A DNA stretch of 63,368 nt, counting the filler, from Octopus bimaculoides (Eukaryota), in assembly GCF_001194135.2 (NCBI RefSeq). It is 6 parts of 6 records of this genome, joined end to end, with 100 filler letters (N's around TTAATTAATTAA, not from the genome) between each part and the next. Parts side by side here need not be neighbours in the genome. Positions count along the whole stretch, not along the records: positions 22,938 to 30,804 come from NC_068988.1; positions 30,905 to 38,148 come from NC_068983.1; 4 more parts are not named here. The stretch is one strand, 5' to 3'. A model generated the notes under the pieces. It worked only from the letters and a program-made list of their open reading frames with translations, had not been told where the DNA came from and made no database searches. This document shows positions 24,625-37,841 of this stretch, one piece after another (position 1 is the first letter of the stretch; each line of letters begins with the position of its first letter). The translations under genes were made by a program, and so were the position numbers.

Positions 24625-25840
24625 GCATGTACGATGAATCAATATACGATGAAGTCACGTGGTCATGTACACATTTCATATATGCGAGCATGTATATGTG
24701 TGTATACGTATATACATATGACTNNNNNNNNNNNNNNNNNNNNNNNNNNNNNNNNNNNNNNNNNNNNNNNNNNNNNNNNNNNNNNNNNNNNNNNNNNNNN
24801 NNNNNNNNNNNNNNNNNNNNNNNNNNNNNNNNNNNNNNNNNNNNNNNNNNNNNNNNNNNNNNNNNNNNNNNNNNNNNNNNNNNNNNNNNNNNNNNNNNNN
24901 NNNNNNNNNNNNNNNNNNNNNNNNNNNNNNNNNNNNNNNNNNNNNNNNNNNNNNNNNNNNNNNNNNNNNNNNNNNNNNNNNNNNNNNNNNNNNNNNNNNN
25001 NNNNNNNNNNNNNNNNNNNNNNNNNNNNNNNNNNNNNNNNNNNNNNNNNNNNNNNNNNNNNNNNNNNNNNNNNNNNNNNNNNNNNNNNNNNNNNNNNNNN
25101 NNNNNNNNNNNNNNNNNNNNNNNNNNNNNNNNNNNNNNNNNNNNNNNNNNNNNNNNNNNNNNNNNNNNNNNNNNNNNNNNNNNNNNNNNNNNNNNNNNNN
25201 NNNNNNNNNNNNNNNNNNNNNNNNNNNNNNNNNNNNNNNNNNNNNNNNNNNNNNNNNNNNNNNNNNNNNNNNNNNNNNNNNNNNNNNNNNNNNNNNNNNN
25301 NNNNNNNNNNNNNNNNNNNNNNNNNNNNNNNNNNNNNNNNNNNNNNNNNNNNNNNNNNNNNNNNNNNNNNNNNNNNNNNNNNNNNNNNNNNNNNNNNNNN
25401 NNNNNNNNNNNNNNNNNNNNNNNNNNNNNNNNNNNNNNNNNNNNNNNNNNNNNNNNNNNNNNNNNNNNNNNNNNGTATTGTTCTGATATGTATTTTAGTG
25501 TTTTTTTTTATAATTTATTATTTATTTTCTTCCAATCGAAAGGAAATTATTTATCTTATCAGAGAAATATATCACGTATTGAACTGAATTGTTTATACAG
25601 TATAAATAAACAATATATTTCAGAGCAGATAACTGCATATATATGTGAATCTTCATGAGTACTTGTGCTGTTGTATCAGGTGCGTAGCAAACAACTCAGT
25701 GCTCGATACACTGTTGCGGTAAACTAATCATTATTTGTTAAATTAGATGTGTGAAAGAAAGCATATGATTAAGTCTACATAATTACAAAAATACATGCAC
25801 ACACACACACANNNNNNNNNNTATATATATATATATATAA

Positions 25841-25945
25841 CTGCCTTCTCTGACGAGCGCAGTGTTACATAATCGAACTGTTACCTAAAATTCTGTTGAA
25901 CCACTCGTGCGAAACTGATCGGTAAAACCGGCCGTAACGAATATA
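25841..25945 (+). ncRNA. Degenerate type I hammerhead ribozyme (probably from a Penelope-like element repeat)
   Basis: CTGACGA at 25850-25856, stem II GCGCAGTG/CACTCGTGC, GAAA at 25911-25914, stem III ending CGGT-AAA-ACCG, and cleavage triplet GTA at 25934-25936. Stem I is poor. Confidence 0.55.
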
Positions 25946-26202
25946 TCATATTGTACACTACGATTAATATATATATATACAATTGAAACATTCCTGTCAC
26001 AACATGGGACCTTGAAGACTGCTAAAATGCAAGATAGTATACTAGTCCTTTAATATTTTATATTTAATATTTCATTTATTCAATAAGACAATCAATACTT
26101 CATTTCATTTTACTATACCTACTATATATATACTATATATTCTATATCCTACATTAATATTATAAGAATATGAACAAAACATAAAAATAATATAGATAGA
26201 TT

Positions 26203-26256
<54 letters not shown>

Positions 26257-26449
26257 CTCCCACACCTATACATTTATTGACTTTCACAATAAAGAGATTG
26301 AGCGTGACTTCGCTGTTTTGATTTGCTTGCCATCATGAGAAATCTTGCCAAAATGTCGAACTGTCTGCCTACCTTTTTGATATAAAACGTAATACGTATC
26401 TACTCTAGGAAATTGTTTCGTATAATATAAAATGTTTTTTTATGTAGAC

Positions 26450-26815
26450 GCAGGCGTGATTGTGTGGTTAGAAATTAGCTTTCCAGCCACGTAGTTCGGG
26501 GTTCAGTCAAACAAGTACCAGTTACGCACTGGGGTAGATATAATCGACTTAATTTGTTTGTCTGTCCTTGTTTGTCCCCTCTGTGTGTAGCCCTTTGTGG
26601 GCAATAAAGAAATAAGAAACGTTAGCACGCCGGGCGAAATGCTTAGCGATATTTCATGCGTCTTTATGTTCTGAGTTCAAATTCCACCGAGGTCGACTTT
26701 GGCTTTCATTCTTTCGGAGTCGATAAATTAAGTACCAGTTGCGTACCGGGGTCGATCTAATCGACTGGACCCCTCCCCAAAAATTTCGGGCCTTTGTGCC
26801 TAGAGTAGAAAAGTA
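26450..26815 (+). mobile_element. Composite/dimeric tRNA-derived SINE
   Basis: A tRNA-like head (gcaggcgtgattgtgtggttag...gttcggggttcagtc) followed by the same dimeric body as 58027-58260. Confidence 0.8.
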
Positions 26816-26829
26816 TATATATGGGTGTC

Positions 26830-27725
26830 TGACCGCTAGTTTTGGTCTGTTTACTTCCCGTAGCTTAGCGGTTCGGCAAAAGACACTTTTGAATAAGCAC
26901 CAGGTTTTAAAACATAATAACTGTAAAAGTAATGAGTACTGGTGTCGAATCATTCGACTAAATAAAAAATTCTTCAAAGCAATGTCCTAGCATGACAGCA
27001 GTCTAATCACTGTAACAAAAAAAAAGCAGAATTCGATGGCTGTGGACCTCACTAGGCATCATACACAGAAGCTTTGTACCTAAACCTAATCAATTAATGC
27101 ACCCAATTAACCTAATTAACTTGAAAGCTAAAACCAACATGATTTTGATGTCGTCCTAAAACGATTTTACTTCGAATTTTATGGTTAATTTACCCAATTT
27201 TCGCATTAACTTCATATAAACATGCAAATGAGCTTATGAAATTGTAATTTAGATGTGTAATTAAATTTTCATTTTATAAATTTTATGCATTTTATGAAAT
27301 ATTGCTTTATAGATTCTTATAAATTTTATAGCTGTCTCTGCTATAGCTATTATCATTACATTTAAAGATATACAAGAATTGCGATTTGTGAGTATCATTG
27401 AAACACCAAATACATTACTAAGTATTCTGTATGGTCTGGCACGCGAAGGGAAGAGAGAGGAGGTACGCGGGGCATGACACTGTGTATTAGTGTACTTAGT
27501 GGCACTAGCCTTAATGGTGCCACTAATTAAATATTTAGAGATTTGAGATGTAGTTAAAATAATACGATCATAATTTATCGGACTTTTAGCCTCGTCTTTA
27601 AAGATAAAATATATTATTTCTAATATTTACATCCACATTATATTTCGATCGATTTGATCTCTAATAGTCAGTATCTTGTCTGGGTAAGTCGCCAAACATT
27701 AGCAAAAACAAATCAGCTAATAATG

Positions 27726-27799
<74 letters not shown>

Positions 27800-28420
27800 N
27801 NNNNNNNNNTATATTTGCCACTTAAATGCGGCTAACCACTAAGGGTGAATGCTACTGTAGCTTGTAGTCCCAGGAGAACATCTCCTCCAGCTGGCTATTG
27901 AAATATTGGGGTCAATTCGTTCGACTAAGATTCTTCAAGGCGGTGCTCCAGTATGGGCGCAGTCTAATGACTGAAACAAGTAAAAGAAAAAAGATACCGA
28001 ATAAGTATAATAATGAGTCTTTGTACTTGTCTCCACCACCATATGATAATTGGTGTTGGTTTGATTGCGTCGCCGTGGCCTAGCCGTTTGACCTAAGCGA
28101 TCGGTGGAACATAAACCATATTTAAAAACAATTACTGGAATCGATTTATTCAATTAAATCTTCCGATGTGGTGCCCCAGCGTGGCCGTAGCCCGATGACT
28201 GAAATAAAAGATAAATGATAATTAGGGCACAAGTCCAGCAATTTTCAGAGAAGGGGTTCAGTCGGTAATATCGACTCCAGGATTAAACTGATACTTTATT
28301 TTATCAACACCGGAAGAATAAATAATAAAGGTGACTTCGGCAAGATTTGAACTCGAATACTATAGAGCCGGAAGTAATATCGCAAAGCATTTTGTCCGAG
28401 GATTGCAACATTTCTTGCCA
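26830..28420. mobile_element. Several SINE fragments (26830-27020 +, 27900-28000 +, 28040-28210 +, 28215-28420 -) around unclassified DNA
   Basis: The + pieces share the recurrent 3' motif ttcttcaaggcggtgctccagcatggccgcagtc..tgactgaaacaagtaaaag, also at 30905-31075, 34340-34555 and 36125-36170. The - piece matches the CORE-like family. Confidence 0.7.
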
Positions 28421-28929
28421 ATCCATAGCGGAAAGCGTAAAATTGCAGAGTAAAACTGTCTCGTTGCAAAATTCTACTAAAACTGTAAGTGATTCTTCTC
28501 AACTTCGTACATTCTGAAATAGCTTACTTTTATTGACGCAAAGATATTTGTTTCTTCTTTATGGCTGCTAAATGTTGCCTGTTTCCTACAACATTCTGCT
28601 GTACAGACTGAATCAATACTAAAGCAGCGCAGTTATACATTACGACATTTCCTTCAGCTTGATTTAGGTTTCAGTCGTATCTCTAACTAACAAAAGCTAG
28701 TCACCGACTCAATATTGTACAAAGAGGTGTTCTCCGACTACCATTCACAACGTCGGAGTCGAACATTGCAAAACTGGCAGAGCAGCATCAACCACAAGGC
28801 ACGCATTGTGTGAAGCAACACTAAAGGAGTACATTCTTTTAATTAATTTGTCCTTGTATTTTTACGACGTATTTTATTAGTGAACATTCATGTTCCATAG
28901 AATTCAGATGGTTGTTGGAGTTTGTATTT

Positions 28930-29330
28930 CTTCAAAAGAGGACAGTGAGACGCCAGGCTTCACGATCAGTGGCAAGAACAGACCACTGGTGGCGATCAAT
29001 GTGGCAGGCACCGAGGAATTTCTTCAAGAAGTCTTTGTGCTTCTTCCTTAATGCTTCTCTATTGCAGTGACTGGAAGAGAATTTGCTATACAGCATGATC
29101 TTGAAACGTCGATGGCCCTCCATCCTGCTAGCGTGTCCTGTCCTGGTAGTTATGTCTTCAGACATAACCATGCAGCTTCTATCTTCGTGTCTGCTTGTCT
29201 CTATCTTGACTCTTGTCTCTGCTTGCCTCTATCTTCGTGTCTGCAGCAAACATGAACATCTTCCTAAGTATATCTTTGCTCTCAAGATCAAGCCAAGAGA
29301 GAGAAGAGAACGCTTGTGCGCAATAAATTG
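28930..29330 (-). mobile_element. RTE-BovB-like LINE 3' coding fragment
   Basis: ORF reads RTGHASRMEGHRRFKIMLYS...KKHKDFLKKFL...QWSVLATDREAWR, matching the RTE tail (RW.GH..RM...R.PK..LY...W...A.DR..WR). Confidence 0.8.
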
Positions 29331-29341
29331 GTTATACTGAT

Positions 29342-29670
29342 ATTGGTACTCCGTCGGTTACGACGAACAGTGCGCCAGATGATCTGATCAACCGAACAGC
29401 CTGCACGTGAAAATTAACGTGCAAGTGGCTGAGCTCTCCACAGACACGCGTACCCTTAACGTAGTTCTTAAGGAGATTCAGCGTGATACAGAATGTAACA
29501 AGGTTGGCCATTTGAATTACAGGTACTACTCATGTTTGCCAGATGAGCGAACTGTAGCAATGTGAAATAAAGTGACTTGCTTAAGGTCGCAATGCGCCGT
29601 CAGGAATTGAACTCACGACCTTACGATCGTCAACCGAACACCCTTACCACAAAACCATGCGCCTTCACTA
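29342..29670 (-). mobile_element. Full tRNA-derived SINE
   Basis: Reverse complement starts gtgaaggcgcatggttttgtggtaagg...gtgagttcaattcc (A/B boxes). The body is shared with 46748-46955. Confidence 0.85.
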
Positions 29671-30137
29671 TATTGATACAACGCACAATACATTTTAACA
29701 ATTCTTATGTAATTTCTGATAATATTTAACCATAAAAATACAATAAGAATTTTTTAAACATCGAATGACTATGATCGTCCTCCCGAGTAAAATAGAAATC
29801 GAAGGGCTCCAAGTGTTATATAAGGTTTGAAAATCCCTACTTTAGGCGATGAGACATCGAACCTTATAGCGGCAAAGATGGAGTTTTAAGAATCACGTGT
29901 CTGTGCTCTTATTTTTCTGCCCTCGTTTCGGATTGTCTTGGAACAGAAGCAGCCAAGCAAACATAGCCAGAACTTGTAGAAAGTAGAATCAAATCATATT
30001 CTATGTTACCTACATCATAACGTCTGCAGCTGTCCTTTATATAGGATTCTAAGCACTTACCGAAATATATTCAATTATAGCCGCGCGGTAAAGAATGTTC
30101 ATATATGCGTGGATATGTATTTCTGCCTGTGTTTCTT

Positions 30138-30175
<38 letters not shown>

Positions 30176-31105
30176 CGCTTGTGTGTTATGTGCCATATGT
30201 GCGCATGCGTAATTGTGCAAAGTGAGCAAAGAAAATGCATGTCTACGAATTTGTATGCATCACGAGGAACGCTGGATTTTGTAAAGTATTTGTACGCTGA
30301 CGGAATGTGAAAGGACGAAATTTATGCATGCAGGTGCACATGCACACGTATGTGTAACCCTCACAAAAAAACGCACACGCTAACACACACACACATACAA
30401 TCACATACATACATACATACATACATACATAAATACATACATACATACATACATACATACATGCATACATACATGCATGCATACGTACGTACATATGTAC
30501 CTACGTACGTACGTACGTCCATACATATATGCATGCATATTTTCGTGTATGTATGCATAATGCATGTATGTATGTGTGCATTGAGGTATATATTTAGACA
30601 CACACACACACATATTTATCAGGCATTGGATGTAGGTAATCTACGCATATATGTATATATGTTCATGTATATATGTATGCATATAAATATATATATATAT
30701 ATATAGATATATATATATATATATATATATATTATACTGTATAGATACATGTGTATATACATAAATAAATATATATATGATTATTTGTATATATATATAT
30801 GTGTNNNNNNNNNNNNNNNNNNNNNNNNNNNNNNNNNNNNNNNNNNNNTTAATTAATTAANNNNNNNNNNNNNNNNNNNNNNNNNNNNNNNNNNNNNNNN
30901 NNNNAAGTCCCCGTAACTTAGCGGTTCGGCAACAGAGACGGATAGAATAAATACTAGCTTTTATAAAACGAATAAAAGTACTGGGGTCGAACCATTCGAC
31001 TAAAATTCTTCAAGGCGTTGCCCCAGCATGATTGCATGACTGAAACAAGTAAAAGTATAAAACAAGTAAAAATATAAAAGAATATATATGTCTTTGTGTG
31101 TGAAT

Positions 31106-31140
<35 letters not shown>

Positions 31141-31363
31141 TGTGTGTGTGTGAGCGTGTGCGTGTGTGTAGTTACATGTGCATATAGTATATAACATATT
31201 GTTTTTACTCGATATGTTCATGTAACTATAACTAAAACAACAAGAACAACAACTACTACTACTACTACTACTATATGTTTGAGTCAAAATCGTTGTTTTG
31301 TATTATAGTGTTTTCGCATTTAGATATCAACAATGTTGACATCAAAGGTAAGGCACACCCACG

Positions 31364-31404
<41 letters not shown>

Positions 31405-32789
31405 TCCTATACATACATATACAAACATTCACATGCACTTAGTATGCAGATAGAAACGCTCGCTCTCTTCAGAGAATTTACGTAGTAGAGGCAGAAAGCA
31501 CTATAAATAAATCTATATATCGAACGATGTGTGGATAATATATGACACACTGACACCCACACAACACCCACATGTATTCATATACATTTCTCATTATTTT
31601 AGAATAATATATATATATATATATATATACATACATTCATATATATACATACATATATNNNNNNNNNNNNNNNNNNNNNNNNNNNNNNNNNNNNNNNNNN
31701 NNNNNNNNNNNNNNNNNNNNNNNNNNNNNNNNNNNNNNNNNNNNNNNNNNNNNNNNNNNNNNNNNNNNNNNNNNNNNNNNNNNNNNNNNNNNNNNNNNNN
31801 NNNNNNNNNNNNNNNNNNNNNNNNNNNNNNNNNNNNNNNNNNNNNNNNNNNNNNNNNNNNNNNNNNNNNNNNNNNNNNNNNNNNNNNNNNNNNNNNNNNN
31901 NNNNNNNNNNNNNNNNNNNNNNNNNNNNNNNNNNNNNNNNNNNNNNNNNNNNNNNNNNNNNNNNNNNNNNNNNNNNNNNNNNNNNNNNNNNNNNNNNNNN
32001 NNNNNNNNNNNNNNNNNNNNNNNNNNNNNNNNNNNNNNNNNNNNNNNNNNNNNNNNNNNNNNNNNNNNNNNNNNNNNNNNNNNNNNNNNNNNNNNNNNNN
32101 NNNNNNNNNNNNNNNNNNNNNNNNNNNNNNNNNNNNNNNNNNNNNNNNNNNNNNNNNNNNNNNNNNNNNNNNNNNNNNNNNNNNNNNNNNNNNNNNNNNN
32201 NNNNNNNNNNNNNNNNNNNNNNNNNNNNNNNNNNNNNNNNNNNNNNNNNNNNNNNNNNNNNNNNNNNNNNNNNNNNNNNNNNNNNNNNNNNNNNNNNNNN
32301 NNNNNNNNNNNNNNNNNNNNNNNNNNNNNNNNNNNNNNNNNNNNNNNNNNNNNNNNNNNNNNNNNNNNNNNNNNNNNNNNNNNNNNNNNNNNNNNNNNNN
32401 NNNNNNNNNNNNNNNNNNNNNNNNNNNNNNNNNNNNNNNNNNNNNNNNNNNNNNNNNNNNNNNNNNNNNNNNNNNNNNNNNNNNNNNNNNNNNNNNNNNN
32501 NNNNNNNNNNNNNNNNNNNNNNNNNNNNNNNNNNNNNNNNNNNNNNNNNNNNNNNNNNNNNNNNNNNNNNNNNNNNNNNNNNNNNNNNNNNNNNNNNNNN
32601 NNNNNNNNNNNNNNNNNNNNNNNNNNNNNNNNNNNNNNNNNNNNNNATGTGCGTCCATATGTGTGTTTGTAACAATTTCGTTTATATCAGATCAGATAGA
32701 GACTTTTTAATTAATTTATTTACGTTCATATTCCGCATCATATGTGTGAACAACACATGCAACCACGGGCAATTGTAAGGCCCTCATCT

Positions 32790-33000
32790 ACGTGTATTTG
32801 GTGTTTAAAATTGGTTGCGTTTCAGTTATGAGGACCGACTCCTGTATTTGTCGCAAAGATGCGTCACCGGGGTGTCTAGACAGGATTTCTATGTTAATTC
32901 TGTCCAGTACACCACCATGTTGTTCTTTGGCATGCTGGTAGAGCACCGAGGTTTGTTTTTGATTATTATAGTCTCTTTCTCTGTCTCTTCTAAACTCAAA
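32790..33000 (-). mobile_element. Penelope-like GIY-YIG endonuclease C-terminal fragment
   Basis: SVLYQHAKEQHGG...IEILSRHPGDASLRQIQESVLITETQPILNTK matches the PLE EN tail pattern (H...H...R.I.E...I....P.LN). Confidence 0.75.
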
Positions 33001-33639
33001 TACATACATAGACTCGCACCCCGATCCCACAGATACAGATGCATCAAACAATAAAAATTAAGGGTACCCCCAAAATCCAAAAGCCAAAGAAAAGAAAAGA
33101 AAACACAATACAACATCATGCCCCACACCAACACACACACACTCGCCAAATGAACATAGAAAACACACCCACAACAGCCACAGACACACTCAGAGCCTCA
33201 CCAAGGCCTCCAGCATTACAATCGTCAACAAATCTACCACTATTACAACCAGCTGCACCAACACTACCACAATTGCAACAAGACACCTCCAATAGCAACA
33301 ACCAACTACACAAGCACAAAGCTTCGTGCTAGTGAGGAGGACCAACAAAGAATTGGTAGCCTCCATAGTACGAAGGAAGGGCATCGAGAGGGTGAGATCT
33401 TCGGGACCAGCACTATTCAAGTGCCAGAAGCACTAATGATGGCGCGAATGCCTCAGGAAACATAAAAAACATTAGGAAGAGTTTTCCTCTTGACGTGGGA
33501 ATCTTTTGTATTGCTGGAACTGCCATCAGTGCTGTTACCATTACGAGACAACACCAGCGGTAACAACAACACCTAAAAACCCGGAGCCAACCGAAGATGC
33601 GTCAAAGATGTGAGCACAAACAACACTCAAGCCTAGAAA

Positions 33640-33890
33640 CATATCGAGTCAGCCGGGGTTGCCTTCAAGCGACGCCCGTACAACTAGAGGTCCTCTTTCA
33701 GGATTCCGGAAAGACGATTCGTCACATCCCTGGCAAGTCATGTGTGGCGCCTCAAAGATGAAGGGGCCTCATACAATATCAAATGGAGGATCATAGATCC
33801 TACATTAACGGGAGCGGACATTGCACGTTTTGCATAGCTGAGTGAGTAAGGATACTCAAAGACCCTGAAACTAGGGTTACTAAACTCTTG
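33640..33890 (+). mobile_element. Second Penelope-like GIY-YIG fragment (different lineage, frameshifted)
   Basis: Reads ETY..SAGVAFKRRPYN*RSSFR...TSLASHVWRLKDEG..YNIKWRII..PYINGSGHCTFCIAE, with the F K.R..N.SSF, W.LKD and C..C..E motifs. Confidence 0.75.
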
Positions 33891-34568
33891 CCATGAAATT
33901 TACATTTCAAATGTTACCTGCTACAAGCATGAGATTGCCCGTTCATCTATTAGATCTGGAAAGGTCCTTACGAATTAAAAACAGCCTAAGGGCCAAATTT
34001 CCTGTTCTCCCTCTTTTGGCGCATACGAACTGGTCTAAGGAAGATAAGCTGTCCTCGCCGACTCGGATTGTTTATTCTTTTGTTACTCACTAACTAACTG
34101 ACCGTAACGGATTCCCGCTTCCCAAAGTTGAAGAGTTATATGTCTTCGGCTTCAGAGTTTGACCCCAGTGCGTAACTGGTACTTGTATATTCGACCCCGA
34201 AGGGATGAAAGGCAAAGTCGGCCTCGGCGGAATTTGAACTTAGAACGTAGCTCAGATGTTAGCTAAATCGCTATGACTAAGTGCAAAATGACGTAAGAAC
34301 CATGTCTATAATTTGTGCGTGCGCGCGCGAGTGTGTGTGTGTCTTTGTGTCTGCGTTTGTCCCCCACTGCCGGTTGACAACTGGTGTTGGTGTGTTTACG
34401 TCTCCGTAAAATAGAAGTTCTACAAGAATAGACCGATAGAATAAGTATCAGGCTTGAAAAGCAAAAAAGCACTGAGGTCGATTCGTTCGTTTAAAATTCC
34501 TCAAGGCGGTTCCCCGGCATGGCTGTGGTCTAATGACAGAAATTAGTAAAAGATAAATGATATCTGTA

Positions 34569-35796
34569 TTGGGTCATCCGACAAATAATGCGTTTTTCTT
34601 ATACTTTTATTTTTCAAAATTAAGATAAACAAAGTTCTTTTTTAATCCAAAATATACTCTAGTTCATTTTCCACAATGCTCTTCCATATATCTGGTCACT
34701 TGTTCGTGACGAAAAATACTCCTCGTCTGCAGAATTCATATTTTTTTCTGTCCAAATGATTTGAAGACTGCGGAATAAATAATAATCAGATGGGGCAATG
34801 TCCGGCGAATATGGTGGATGAGGCATCGTTTCCCATTGAAACTGATCCAGCCTTTGGAATGTCGTCCTGGCTGTATGTGGCCGAGCATTGTCCTGATGGA
34901 ACCGTGTTCGTCTTGAAAGCAAAAATGGTCGTTTTTCTTCTAGCGCTGACATAAGCCGCTCTATCTGCTCGCAGTAGATCTACTTTGTTATCGTTTGGTT
35001 TAGGTTTAAAAGTTCAAAGAGGACTAAACCTTTCATATCCCACCAAACAGATAACAACACCTTACGTGAGAAAAGACCTTCTTTAGCCTGTTGTGCCGGT
35101 GTTTCTCCTTTCCCTACCCACTGTCCTCAGCGCTTGAAATTTTTATAGAGAACCCATTTCTAATCACCAGTCACTATTTAGTCCAAAAACATTTCATTCA
35201 TGATACGTGACAACAAAGAACACACATTCACTCTCTGCGCGCGATTAGACTTCAAAAGTTTATGAGGAACCGATTGACCTAATTTTCTGATTCTTCCGAT
35301 AGCATGCAGGTGTCAATGACTGGTTGAATGACAAATCCAAGCTTCTCCGCTAGCTCCTCAGCAGTTACGATGGGATTTTGTTCCACCAGGGTTTGCAGGA
35401 TGTCCTCGTCGAGCTCTACAGACCTTCCAGATCTGTAGAGCTTTTAAGCTGTAGTTTCCGGGTCGGAATTTCTGGAACCACCGTTGACACTGACTTACGC
35501 TTATTGTCCGATCCCGATATACTGCAATTCTATTATCGCACTTTCCGTCGCGTCGTTACCTTTATTGAACTCATAAAGCAAAATATGCCGGATATGCTCC
35601 TTTGTCATTTGCAAGATAGCTTTGAGAAAATAAGTGTTAAAATCGAACTGCACTCTTCAAAACTTGCACTAAGATTAAGACTAAGGTAAATTACTACCTG
35701 CGTTTATAGCAAGCTCATGCAGGTAGTTTATCCCGTCCCCCTCCGACTTTCAAGTCCTACAATTGACAACACCACGTTATTTATGGAATGACCCAA
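34569..35796 (-). mobile_element. Full-length degenerate mariner (~1.23 kb)
   Basis: Imperfect TIRs TTGGGTCATCCGACAAATAATGCG and (rc) TTGGGTCATTCCATAAATAACGTG, TA on the left flank. Transposase reads FHQDNARPH...HPPYSPDIAPSDYYLFRSLQ. Confidence 0.92.
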
Positions 35797-35800
35797 TGTG

Positions 35801-35838
<38 letters not shown>

Positions 35839-35984
35839 NNNNNNNNNNNNNNNNNNNNNNNNNNNNNNNNNNNNNNNNNNNNNNNNNNNNNNNNNNNNNN
35901 NNNNNNNNNNNNNNNNNNNNNNNNNNNNNNNNNNNNNNCCCCTCTCTGTAACGCCTCCAATGGCGAATTTTAATGAAATAAAGA

Positions 35985-36175
35985 AGTTAGCTTCCTAACC
36001 ACATGGTTCTGGGTTTAGTTCCACTTCGTGGCACTTAGGGCAAGTGTCTTCTACTATAGCCTCGGGCTGACCAAAACCACGTGAGTGGATCTGGTAGATG
36101 GAAACTGATAGAAGCCCGTCGTATCCGCAGTCAAATGACTGAAACAAGTAAAAGATCAAAAGAATAAAAGAATGT
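35985..36175 (+). mobile_element. tRNA-derived SINE
   Basis: gttagcttcctaaccacatggttctgggtttagttcc head, gcaagtgtcttctactatagcctcggg body, tgactgaaacaagtaaaag tail. Confidence 0.8.
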
Positions 36176-37064
36176 ATGTGTGTGTGTGTGTGCGTGCGTG
36201 TGTGTGTGTGCGTGCGTGTGTGTGTGTGCGTGTGTGCGTGCATGCGTGTGCATGTGTGTGCACGTGTGCGTGTGCTTGTCCTCCACCACCATTGACAACC
36301 AGCGTTGATGTGTTTACGTCCCCGTAACTTAGCGGTTCNNNNNNNNNNNNNNNNNNNNNNNNNNNNNNNNNNNNNNNNNNNNNNNNNNNNNNNNNNNNNN
36401 NNNNNNNNNNNNNNNNNNNNNNNNNNNNNNNNNNNNNNNNNNNNNNNNNNNNNNNNNNNNNNNNNNNNNNNNNNNNNNNNNNNNNNNNNNNNNNNNNNNN
36501 NNNNNNNNNNNNNNNNNNNNNNNNNNNNNNNNNNNNNNNNNNNNNNNNNNNNNNNNNNNNNNNNNNNNNNNNNNNNNNNNNNNNNNNNNNNNNNNNAGTT
36601 TTACATATGCATGTGTGTATATGAATACTAAGTCATGTGATCACATAAAGAACAATAGCGAACAAAGAATCTACAACTTCTCTGTCTATGGTTGTGAATA
36701 TTTGTTAGTTGAATTTTGTTTTGAATGTTATTGTCACGTGATCCTCCGTATTGGAAATATTAAAGAACCAGTCGCAACATGAGCATGTGCTCCTGTCTTG
36801 TCAGTATTAGTTGGCTGTGAACTTCGACAACTGCCGCCACCGGTATCAGCTTATATATAGCATCAGACAAATAATAACATCTACAGCAAAAGATACATAC
36901 ATACATACATACATACATAAACACACACACACATACATAAACAAAAACACTGGTAAGTAAACAAACAGCAACAATTATATTAAAGAAAATACGAAACGAA
37001 AAGTTGTAAACAAATAATAAATTGATAACAGGGATACAAATAACACATACGTACATACATATAT

Positions 37065-37138
<74 letters not shown>

Positions 37139-37841
37139 GTACGGACAAAAAAGCGTACATATATGCTGATAAAAACGTACACACAGACACAGACAGACAG
37201 ACACACACACACAGACACACACACATACACATACACACACGTAATATGTTTTTATATGGTTTGATAAATCGATGCAGACGGAAATAAAAGCAGAGGCGTT
37301 GCGTGGTGTTTGGTCACCCAATATAGTAAACTAAATTGTTCTCCCCTTCATAAAACGTAAAATATATATGACTGCAGCAAACGCACGAATATAAAAAAAA
37401 GTATTCGGCCAGTGCAAGCACCACGCCTCACGAAGAAAAATAAAAGCAAAACAAAACAGAGAGACAAAAACAAGACAAAATCTTTCATTGATAAAATCAA
37501 TGCTCACATTTGATTTTTTAGTAAAAAATAAAATTTCTGATAGCAAGAGACATGAAAACTATTATATTAACACACTGGAATCGGTCGCTTACCTGGATTG
37601 TTTTTTGTACTTCGTACGGTAAGTGAGCTCTTAAATCCACTTTCATTTCATCAAATCACATACATACACACGCATACACAAGCATATAGAAAACCACGTG
37701 CATCTTTTCAACTAAGGTACATGGCATATATATATATATATATATTCTTTTATTTGTTTCAGTCATTCGACTGTTGCCATGCGGGAGCACCGCCTTATGT
37801 GTGTGTGTATATGTGCGTGTGTGTACACACACACATGCACA

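Noticed and set aside
24627-25658. Long ORFs of 200-390 aa (also 31529-32710 and 57131-58152)
   Set aside because: Composed of N-derived X residues.
33428-33465. Hammerhead-like ctaatga...gaaac between the PLE fragments
   Set aside because: The core deviates (CTAATGA), stem II does not close onto GAAA, and there is no stem III.
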